Virus record (IMG/VR): IMGVR_UViG_3300036766_001627
Span: 1 to 61,509 of that record
Source of the DNA: a virus
Taxonomy: Duplodnaviria > Caudoviricetes
Reading direction: 5' to 3' (one strand)
DNA: 61,509 nucleotides
The notes under the pieces were generated by a model. It saw only the letters and a list, made by a program, of their open reading frames with translations, did not search any database and was not told the origin of the DNA. Shown one piece after another: positions 28,422-36,279 of this stretch. The stretch's first letter is position 1. The number at the start of each line of letters is the position of its first letter. Made by a program: the position numbers and the translations under genes.

Positions 28422-28979
28422 ATGAACAAACCCACCATCAACCCGATGACTGTCCTACGACAAGCTGTGTCGCAGATTGACGCGATGCGACGCAGGGCTG
28501 AAAATTTTCCTGTTTTTCCTGACAGAGCCAGACTTTATTGGTCTGATAAATCACAGGAAGAGCTGGATTTTTGCGGCCGTCTTCTCTGCTTCGATCTGAA
28601 CATCTCCAGGGTAGAATATTTCAAGATCGACTCCTTCGAGGAATGGGCTAACGATGCGCCGATGTTCCTATCGGCGCAGACCAGGATGAGCATGGGCTAC
28701 AAAGGTGCCTTCTTCCGCCGCATCGCCCTGCCCGCTTATGCTGCGATGGACTACCTGGAGGCAAAACAGTACACGGCTGCTGCGAAGACCGCCTCTGTTA
28801 TCACGCCAAGTTTCTGGCGTGAAGCCTTCGTGGCCTGGGTCGCGGCGAGCACTCCGAAACTATCTGAGACGACGGAGCAACCGAGCGAAGAGACCTACTA
28901 TCCTTCTGCCACAGCCATCGACAGCATAGGTGGCTTCGGAGGCAACATCACCATCGTCAACCCAAAGGAAATATTATGA
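28422..28979 (+). CDS. Hypothetical protein
   Basis: ATG 6 nt after TTGACA-17-TATGAT. Confidence 0.55.
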   Translation: MNKPTINPMTVLRQAVSQIDAMRRRAENFPVFPDRARLYWSDKSQEELDFCGRLLCFDLNISRVEYFKIDSFEEWANDAPMFLSAQTRMSMGYKGAFFRRIALPAYAAMDYLEAKQYTAAAKTASVITPSFWREAFVAWVAASTPKLSETTEQPSEETYYPSATAIDSIGGFGGNITIVNPKEIL

Positions 28980-29308
28980 GTACAGGATCGTTTGAGGCAA
29001 CAGAACCATACCTGGATGCAAACAATGTGGTCCATGATATGCGCGTTGGTCCCTGCTCGTGTGGGGCCTGGCATAGTCCCAAGATGATCCCCGCGGACCT
29101 GGATGCCAATGTCGCCGCGGTCGTGGATCAGCTCATCACTCGCGCCGAGCACGGGAAGCGCAAGTACGGCGTGACGACAGAGCGGCGGGATATTGATCTT
29201 CTAGGATGGCTCCAGCATCTCCAGGAGGAACTTTTCGACGCGGCCATCTATATCGAGCGCCTGAAAAGTGAACTCCGATACGACGCAGACCAAAATGGCA
29301 AAGCCTAA
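28976..29308 (+). CDS. Small phage protein (possible MazG-like helical fold)
   Basis: RAEHGKRKYG...WLQHLQEELFDAAIY motif. Confidence 0.5.
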   Translation: MSTGSFEATEPYLDANNVVHDMRVGPCSCGAWHSPKMIPADLDANVAAVVDQLITRAEHGKRKYGVTTERRDIDLLGWLQHLQEELFDAAIYIERLKSELRYDADQNGKA

Positions 29309-31406
29309 GAAGCGAACATATCCGCGGGGACGGAAGATCGCCGACTGCCCCGGCCAGACGAGCATCAGCCTCGTCGATACAGCGTCGCACCCTAGTCTCC
29401 TCGTTAGGCAGACACCCTTGTACGCGTTAGAGTCCAACTGGCTCCCGACGCCGGTAGCTTCCCTGCCTTCCTGGGCCGGAGCCAAACGGATCGCCATTGA
29501 TATCGAGACCGATGATCCCGAGCTGAAGACGCTGGGCATTGGGGTCCGCAGAACTGGCCGCATCATCGGCATCTCCTTCGCTATCGAGGACGGGCCTTCC
29601 CACTACATGCCCTTCTGGCACGTCGCCGACAACCTCGATCCACACCATGTTCTCGACTACCTACGTCTGCAGAGCGAAACTTTCACCGGCGATCTCGTTG
29701 GTGCCAACCTCAGCTATGACCTCGACTACCTATGGGAGCAGAAGATCATGTTCCCAAGGGTCCGCCGACATCTGGATGTGCAGGTCGCTGAGCCGCTCAT
29801 AGACGACCTGCAGGATTCCTACTCTCTTGACAACATCGCCCGCCGGCACGGGATTCCGGGCAAAGATGAGCACCTGCTGCGGTCTGCGGCAGCGTCCTAC
29901 CATGTCGATGCGAAATCTGAGATGAAGATGATACCCGCCCGGTTCGTAGGCGTCTACGCGGAGCAGGATGTCAGACTCCCCCTGATCCTAATGCGGCGCC
30001 AGGAGCGGATGATCGAGGAGCAGGAAGTAGGAAAGGTATTTGATCTTGAGACTCGGCTGCTGCCGGCGCTCCTTCGTATGCGTCGCAGAGGTGTCCGGGT
30101 GGATGAACGACGGCTGGAGGAGGTCAGTGAATGGGCGCAGAAGAACCGCCGAGAGGCAGTCGCCGCGGTCAACAGCCAGAGCAAGGTGAAGCTCGCAGTG
30201 ACAGACATGTCCAAGAGTGCCGCACTCGCCGAAATCCTCGCCGATGTGGGGATCAAGACACCGCTGACAGACGCCGGAAATCCCAGTGTCGATGCTGAGT
30301 TTCTCGCATCACTAGATCATCCCCTCGGCAGGATGCTCACCGTGGCCAAGCGATACCACAAACTCCTGGACTTCGTGGGAACTGTCCGCAAGCACCTCGT
30401 CCGCGGTCGTATCCACGCCACATTCAACCAGCTCCGCCGCAGCGTGGACGGCGACACGGGCGAAGACGACCAGGGAGCAAGGTACGGCCGCATCAGTTGT
30501 ACCGATCCCAACCTCCAGAACCAGCCGAGTAGGGATTCGGCTTATGAGAAGAAGGAGGAGGCCGGAACCCTCCTACCAGACGACAAGCACCTCGGCTACT
30601 ACTGGCGGTCCATCTACATCCCGGAAGACGGGGAGTTGTGGGCGTCGTGTGACTACTCTAGCCAGGAACCCCGGTTAGCGGCCCACTTCGCCGAGTCGGC
30701 CGGATGCGCCGGAGGCGCCGAGATCGCTCAGGCATACCGTGATGATCCTGATCTGGACCTTCATGCCAAGACCGCGGAACTCGCCGGCATCCCCCGCAAG
30801 AAAGCCAAGATACTGTTCCTGGCAAAACTATACAGCATGGGGGATGTGAAGACCGCGAACGATCTGAAGCTGCCCACGATCTGGGTAGGACCGGACGACT
30901 ACCTTGAGAACCAGACCGACCTCCTCCGGTGGAAACGCAAGCTCGCGGCGAGGCAGGGCTGCAAGCAGGAGTGCGCGGGCGAGGCAGCCCAGGAAACCAT
31001 TAACAAATTCAATGAACTTGTTCCATTCGCCCGAGAACTGGCCAAGCTCTGCTCGACGTGGGCGGAGCGGCGGGGATGGGTAAGTACGATCCTGGGACGA
31101 AAGTGTAGGTTCCCACGGTACGAAGGTGGCCAGGGACAGTTTCCAAGGAAGTTCGATAACATCCGAAAGGCACTAAACCGTGTCATCCAGGGAAGTGCGG
31201 GCGACCAGACCAAGATGAGTTTGGTTCTAGCGGATGAGGCTGGTATCCCGCTGCTTCTGCAGGTCCATGACGAGCTGGACCTGAGTATTCCTAACAAGCA
31301 TGGCGCCGATGGTCTCGCGGAGATCATGCGGAACGCCGTAAAACTTAATGTTCCCACAAAGGTCGATGTCGAGATAGGCGCGTCATGGGGAGAAAGTATG
31401 AAGTAG
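29295..31406 (+). CDS. polA: DNA polymerase family A with 3'-5' exonuclease
   Basis: DIET exo motif; CDYSSQEPR (motif A), RKKAKILFLAKLYSMG (B), QVHDEL (C). Confidence 0.95.
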   Translation: MAKPKKRTYPRGRKIADCPGQTSISLVDTASHPSLLVRQTPLYALESNWLPTPVASLPSWAGAKRIAIDIETDDPELKTLGIGVRRTGRIIGISFAIEDGPSHYMPFWHVADNLDPHHVLDYLRLQSETFTGDLVGANLSYDLDYLWEQKIMFPRVRRHLDVQVAEPLIDDLQDSYSLDNIARRHGIPGKDEHLLRSAAASYHVDAKSEMKMIPARFVGVYAEQDVRLPLILMRRQERMIEEQEVGKVFDLETRLLPALLRMRRRGVRVDERRLEEVSEWAQKNRREAVAAVNSQSKVKLAVTDMSKSAALAEILADVGIKTPLTDAGNPSVDAEFLASLDHPLGRMLTVAKRYHKLLDFVGTVRKHLVRGRIHATFNQLRRSVDGDTGEDDQGARYGRISCTDPNLQNQPSRDSAYEKKEEAGTLLPDDKHLGYYWRSIYIPEDGELWASCDYSSQEPRLAAHFAESAGCAGGAEIAQAYRDDPDLDLHAKTAELAGIPRKKAKILFLAKLYSMGDVKTANDLKLPTIWVGPDDYLENQTDLLRWKRKLAARQGCKQECAGEAAQETINKFNELVPFARELAKLCSTWAERRGWVSTILGRKCRFPRYEGGQGQFPRKFDNIRKALNRVIQGSAGDQTKMSLVLADEAGIPLLLQVHDELDLSIPNKHGADGLAEIMRNAVKLNVPTKVDVEIGASWGESMK

Positions 31407-31409
31407 TTT

Positions 31410-31438
31410 TTGACAGGAACGGTTTTGTGAGGTAGTGT
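31410..31438 (+). promoter_or_regulatory. sigma70-like promoter of the HNH-RAMP-array module
   Basis: TTGACA-17-TAGTGT immediately after the polA stop. Confidence 0.65.
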
Positions 31439-31479
31439 ATTCTCAGACGAGCACTGATGGAACAATAGTGAAGGAAAAG

Positions 31480-31836
31480 ATGTTTGACGAATTTGAGAAG
31501 TTAAACAGTTCTGTCATGGCATATGAAGATGCCCGTGCGGTTGCACTACGTCGAGATTTTTACCGATGTTGTGCGTGTTTCAGCAACGGCTCTGATTTTC
31601 GTCTGGAAACGCACCACCGTAATAAAGAGGCCTACGGACCCTTATGGTCACAAAAATACAACCCTTGTCGTCCTCTTGATTTAGCAACATTTTGCGAACG
31701 CTGCCACGATACTTGGACTGATAGGGACCGAAAAATGCGGTTTAGCTTACGTGATTATTCCAGTGTTGGAAAAGAAATCTACGAGATGCCAAAACCGCAA
31801 AAACAGCAAAATCGAAAGGCGAGCGATCTGCTGTAA
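31480..31836 (+). CDS. HNH nuclease associated with the RAMP-like gene
   Basis: AAGGA RBS before ATG 31480; RRDFYRCCAC...LETHH...LATFCERCH. Confidence 0.75.
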   Translation: MFDEFEKLNSSVMAYEDARAVALRRDFYRCCACFSNGSDFRLETHHRNKEAYGPLWSQKYNPCRPLDLATFCERCHDTWTDRDRKMRFSLRDYSSVGKEIYEMPKPQKQQNRKASDLL

Positions 31837-31859
31837 AAATTTCGCCAAAAGAGGTTTTT

Positions 31860-32429
31860 ATGAAAGTTCGTTTAGACAGTATTGCACCGTTGATTCTCCA
31901 CAATGGAGACCTGGCCGATCCACAGTATCCCTTCTCTATTGCGAAGAAGAAGCTGACATCCAGCCGAAAGAAGACAGATTCCGACGTTGAAGAGATTTCA
32001 AAGCTGGAGTTTCTTGGCTCCTTCTACGGTCCTGCTCCTAGGACAGATGTTCTCATTCCCGCAAACATGTTGTTAGGAATGATTATCAAGGGAGCAAAGC
32101 AACTGAAGATGGGTAACGAAGCAAAGGCAGGCATATTCATCAACAAGAGCTTTGTCCCCCTTGAATACAAGGGACCTCGAACACCACAGGAACTTTATGA
32201 AGACAAGAAGTTTGTGCTGCGGAAAGTGATAAAGCAGGGCACTTCTTCAATTGTTCGAGTACGCCCTATCTTCGATAAATGGGCAATCGAATTTGAGGTA
32301 TCTTTCATCGAAGAGGTCATCTCAGAGAAAAGCATCAAACTACTGCTTGAAAAAGCTGGTTTGGTGTGTGGACTTGGAGACTGGAGACCCCAACACGGAA
32401 GATTTGTTGTATCACGTTTTGAAGTTTAG
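31860..32429 (+). CDS. RAMP/Cas7-like RNA-binding protein (stand-alone)
   Basis: N-terminal strand plus APLILHNG; IPANMLLGMIIKGA helix (cf. RAMP IPGSSxKG); C-terminal G-rich loop GLVCGLGDWRPQHGRFVV; directly abuts the repeat array. Confidence 0.65.
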   Translation: MKVRLDSIAPLILHNGDLADPQYPFSIAKKKLTSSRKKTDSDVEEISKLEFLGSFYGPAPRTDVLIPANMLLGMIIKGAKQLKMGNEAKAGIFINKSFVPLEYKGPRTPQELYEDKKFVLRKVIKQGTSSIVRVRPIFDKWAIEFEVSFIEEVISEKSIKLLLEKAGLVCGLGDWRPQHGRFVVSRFEV

Positions 32430-32813
32430 GGTTTGGTTCGGTTCGGTATGGTAGGGCCGGTTCGGGTGTGATAAGGTGGGGTTAGTCTTTTTTTATACAT
32501 CTCTCTGCAATCGAAAGGTTGCAGAGAGGTTTTCAGTCTATGGTGTGGTTCGGTGAGGTGTGGTGAGGTGCGGTGCGGTTTGGTGAGGTGTGGTTATCCA
32601 TCTCTCTGCAATCGAAAGGTTGCAGAGAGGTTTTCAGTCTATGGTGTGGTTCGGTGAGGTGCGGTGCGGTTCGGTTTGGTCTGGTTATTCATCTCTCTGC
32701 AATCGAAAGGTTGCAGAGAGGTTTTCAGTCTATGGTGTGGTTCGGTGTGGTTTGGTGTGGTTCGGTGTGGTTATTCATCTCTCTGCAATCGAAAGGTTGC
32801 AGAGAGATTTTCA
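32430..32813 (+). repeat. Non-coding array: four GGT-NN pentamer tracts, each followed by a conserved GAAA-tetraloop hairpin repeat (candidate guide RNAs)
   Basis: Tracts at 32430-32484, 32542-32596, 32643-32687, 32734-32773; repeat CATCTCTCTGCAATCGAAAGGTTGCAGAGAGGTTTTCAGTCTAT at 32498, 32599, 32690 and truncated at 32776. Confidence 0.9.
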
Positions 32814-33072
32814 AACAAAAGAAGAAAACATAAATTACCACTCTTCGCAACTTGTCACGATGATCGTCGCTATGCTGTTCATGTGGCGCATCAACTTGAA
32901 GAGCGAGACAGCGGCCTTCCTGGCCGTCTGCCTGCTCTGGGCATCGGCGGCCTACAATCTGATCCAGGACTTCAGGGGCAAACCAAGAAGCAGGGGCCGG
33001 ACGATCATCGACCAGAATATCGCAGTCTTTGACTAAGACGGCTTTGTGGGTTAGAATGAAACCGGAGCAGAC

Positions 33073-33477
33073 ATGGGCAGAGAGACGAACCTCAACAACC
33101 TCATAATGAAGGCCCTGCGGTCGCTGGACCCGCACCGCGTCGAGAACGTCATCTCATCCGGCACGCCAGATATCGAGTTCATAGGCGGCTGGATCGAGTG
33201 CAAGGTTCTGCCGGCGTGGCCAAGGCTGCCCCACACACCAGTCCGGGTGCCCCTCTTCACGCCGCAGCAGCGCCTCTGGCTCCGCCGACGCCGGAACGCC
33301 GGCGGCAGGGCCTGGGTGGTGCTGCAGGTAGGCCGCGACTACCTGCTCATAGATGGCCGGCTGGCCGCTGATAATCTTGGGAAATTTTACCGCAAGACAC
33401 TAATCCTCATGGCCAAGGCCATGTGGACAGGTTCGATCAACGGGGCCGAACTTCTCTCCATCGTCCGACAAAAGTAG
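33073..33477 (+). CDS. PD-(D/E)XK nuclease (VRR-NUC/Holliday junction resolvase-like)
   Basis: RVEN..SGTPD...WIECK...QRLWL...GGRAWV. Confidence 0.8.
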   Translation: MGRETNLNNLIMKALRSLDPHRVENVISSGTPDIEFIGGWIECKVLPAWPRLPHTPVRVPLFTPQQRLWLRRRRNAGGRAWVVLQVGRDYLLIDGRLAADNLGKFYRKTLILMAKAMWTGSINGAELLSIVRQK

Positions 33478-33484
33478 GAGTATC

Positions 33485-33892
33485 ATGCGCGAGACCCGCT
33501 CTACAGAACGCCTCATCGGCACCTATGTCCTCGGCACTAGAACTGTCCGGCTCCTCTACGATCCAGGCCTGATCGGCGCCACGTTCGAGCCGGTGCCTGA
33601 CACGAACGGAATCCCGGAGCTGGTTGTGGGCTTCCAGACCGAGGACTGGGATGAGGTGATCGACAACCTGCTACACGAGGCCTTTGAGTTCTCGATGATG
33701 GACCTGTGCTGCACAAGCATACCTCATCCCCAGGCGAGCATGGACAGCGGCAGCTACATATTCCACATGAACCATTCGCAGTTCGCCGAGGTCACTGCCA
33801 GGGTAAGTAAGTTCCTGGCGAAGACATTACCGGACCTGAAGATGACATTTCGGAAACACTTGGTCATCAATAGGAAAATGAAGTCCCGATGA
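33485..33892 (+). CDS. Hypothetical protein (LLHE motif)
   Basis: AGGAG RBS; overlaps the primase start. Confidence 0.55.
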   Translation: MRETRSTERLIGTYVLGTRTVRLLYDPGLIGATFEPVPDTNGIPELVVGFQTEDWDEVIDNLLHEAFEFSMMDLCCTSIPHPQASMDSGSYIFHMNHSQFAEVTARVSKFLAKTLPDLKMTFRKHLVINRKMKSR

Positions 33893-36279
33893 GTCCTAAG
33901 TATAAAGACACCATCGAGTTCCTCATCCGCGTCCACCACGACCGCCGCTGGGTTCTGACCGCACTTCATCCCGATAACCCAAAGTCCGTCCACAGCGCCA
34001 CATTCAGCAGAGAGGGTGCTGTTCCCTGCACTCCCTGGCTTGAGAAGTGGGGCAAAGACCACAACCTCTACTACGGACTTGGCGAGGTGCTTTCTGACCT
34101 CACAAGTAAGGCGAAACGTCAAGATATCCACGCCGTCCACTACCTGCACGCAGATTTGGACCCGCGGGTCGGGGAAGAGTTACTCGCAGAGCAGGAGCGA
34201 ATAAAGAAACTCCTAACCGGCGAGGGTCGGCCCGATGTGCTACCCTCCGTGATTCCAATGCCTACCGCGATCATATGCAGCGGCAGCGGCTTCCAAGCCC
34301 TGTGGTTGCTGGACAAGCCCTTAGAAGTTGTCGGCTCAAGCGACGCGGAGCGGATCGCCAGTGCCGACGATATCGGCGGCTACAACCGGACACTGGAGCT
34401 TGCACTCGGTGGAGACCACTGCTTCGATGTTAGCCGCATCCTGAGACTCCCCGGCACCATAAACTACCCTTCTGCGAAGAAGAAGGAGCGTGGCCGCGTC
34501 GAAGCGCTTGCGGAACTTATCGAGTTCGACCCAAGCCGCGTCTACAAGATCGAGCAGTTCACGAAGACAGACGTAGAGAAGAAGAAACCCACCGATACAT
34601 CTGTTGTGATAGATGCGCGAAGAGTAGCGGACCTCGACACACTCGGTCCCAAACTGTCGGTCTCGACCAAGTGTATCATCGTGAACGGCTACGATGTCAT
34701 GGACAAGGAACTACACGGCTGGCCGCCGGATCGGTCTAAGTGGCTGTTTCGGGCCGTGTGCCAACTCCTGAGGGCAGGCGTAGAGGAGGCCGTCATCCTA
34801 GGCATCATCACCGATCCCGCCTACAAGATCAGCCAGTCCATCCTTGAGCTGCGATCCGCGGGAGCCATCCAACGGTATGCTCAGAGGCAGATAGAGCGGG
34901 CAGCGGCTGTGATGGCCGATCCGAAGTTGGACGACCTGAACAACCGATTCGCAGTCGTGGAGAGCGTGAACGGCAAGTGCAGGATCATAGAGGAGCAGTG
35001 GGACGAGTCGCTGAATCGAAGCCGCCTCGTTATGCAGACATTCGAGGACTTCCGAAATAGGTACTGCAACATCAAGATAGGTGCTGGCACCAACAGCCGG
35101 GGAGAAGAGGTTGAGATACCGATAGGACACTGGTGGTGCAGTCATCCGCAGCGTCGTCAGTACGACCGGATCATATTCTTGCCTGGTTCCCAGACGGAGA
35201 AGAGCTACAACATGTGGCGTGGCTTCGGATGCGAACCCGCGGCGGGCAACTGTGATCTCTTCCTCAGCCATATCCGTGAGAACATCTGCTGCGGCGAAGA
35301 CGCGAAATACAACTACCTCATTAGCTGGATGGCCAACGCGGTACAGAATCCCGCCAGTCCCGGCCAGGTGGCTGTCTGTATGAAGGGCGACCAGGGGACG
35401 GGCAAGGGCTTCTTCGCCCAGACGTTCGGCGGACTCTTCGGCCGTCACTTTCTGCAGGTCGTCAACGCGAAGCACCTCACCGGCAACTTCAACTCCCACC
35501 TCCGCGATGTCTGCGTCCTGTTCGCAGACGAGGCGGTCTTTGCGCCCGACCGTAGCCATGCGAGCGTGCTGAAGACACTCGTGACCGAGGAGCGGATCGT
35601 TATCGAACTGAAGGGCATCGACGCCGAGTCCTTCCCCAACTACATCCACCTCATCATGGCCAGCAACGACCACTTCGTAGTGCCCGCGGGTATAGGCGAG
35701 CGCCGATTCTTCGTCGTCGAGGTATCGAACGCCCACAAGGATGACCACACATACTTCGAGGCGATCTCTGCCCAGCTCGACAGTGGGGGCCGTGAGGCAC
35801 TTCTCCACATGCTTCAAAACATGAACCTAGAGGAATTTAACGTCCGCGACTTCCCGAAGACAAAGGAGCTACAGGGTCAGAAGAACTTCGGGATGGGCAC
35901 GGAAGATAGCTGGTTCAGTGAGAAGCTGAGAGATGGGCGACTACTTCCTGAGCACGACGAGTGGCGGACGGAGATCACGGAGGCTGAGTTCTACCACGAC
36001 TACATCCTGTTCTGCCAGTCAAGTAGTTCGTTCCGCAAGATGACGCGAGAGAATCTCCTCAATATCCTACGCAAGTACATAAGTATCGACGTATTCCGTA
36101 CCCACATGAGCATAGAGATACCTATGGCCAATGGTGAGCTGAAGATGGTACCGAGGCCTAGGATGCTACGCTTGCCCCCGCTCGCCGAGTGCAGGCGTCT
36201 CTGGACTACACGGTTCGGAGGAACCGTGGAGTGGGAACTAAGTGACAACGAGACTCTATTCGGAGAAACGCATGTCTAA
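33889..36279 (+). CDS. Primase-helicase (RepB-like primase + SF3/DUF5906-type NTPase)
   Basis: SGSGFQALW, DVSRILRLPGTIN; GDQGTGKG, FADEA, MASN, ERRFFV. Confidence 0.88.
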   Translation: MSPKYKDTIEFLIRVHHDRRWVLTALHPDNPKSVHSATFSREGAVPCTPWLEKWGKDHNLYYGLGEVLSDLTSKAKRQDIHAVHYLHADLDPRVGEELLAEQERIKKLLTGEGRPDVLPSVIPMPTAIICSGSGFQALWLLDKPLEVVGSSDAERIASADDIGGYNRTLELALGGDHCFDVSRILRLPGTINYPSAKKKERGRVEALAELIEFDPSRVYKIEQFTKTDVEKKKPTDTSVVIDARRVADLDTLGPKLSVSTKCIIVNGYDVMDKELHGWPPDRSKWLFRAVCQLLRAGVEEAVILGIITDPAYKISQSILELRSAGAIQRYAQRQIERAAAVMADPKLDDLNNRFAVVESVNGKCRIIEEQWDESLNRSRLVMQTFEDFRNRYCNIKIGAGTNSRGEEVEIPIGHWWCSHPQRRQYDRIIFLPGSQTEKSYNMWRGFGCEPAAGNCDLFLSHIRENICCGEDAKYNYLISWMANAVQNPASPGQVAVCMKGDQGTGKGFFAQTFGGLFGRHFLQVVNAKHLTGNFNSHLRDVCVLFADEAVFAPDRSHASVLKTLVTEERIVIELKGIDAESFPNYIHLIMASNDHFVVPAGIGERRFFVVEVSNAHKDDHTYFEAISAQLDSGGREALLHMLQNMNLEEFNVRDFPKTKELQGQKNFGMGTEDSWFSEKLRDGRLLPEHDEWRTEITEAEFYHDYILFCQSSSSFRKMTRENLLNILRKYISIDVFRTHMSIEIPMANGELKMVPRPRMLRLPPLAECRRLWTTRFGGTVEWELSDNETLFGETHV

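Noticed and set aside
32430-32813. Canonical CRISPR array
   Set aside because: The inter-repeat segments are periodic GGT-NN tracts of unequal length, not unique acquired spacers, and no cas1/cas2 or cas operon is visible. Reported as a distinct array type instead.
32573-33036. Three overlapping ORFs across the array in the ORF track
   Set aside because: These are low-complexity translations of the repeats in all three frames; only the short hydrophobic ORF after ~32859 might be real.
34798-35817. Long antisense ORFs (e.g. 34798-35817, 15645-16559, 14281-15033)
   Set aside because: They are shadows of GC-rich plus-strand genes with no recognisable motifs or expression signals.
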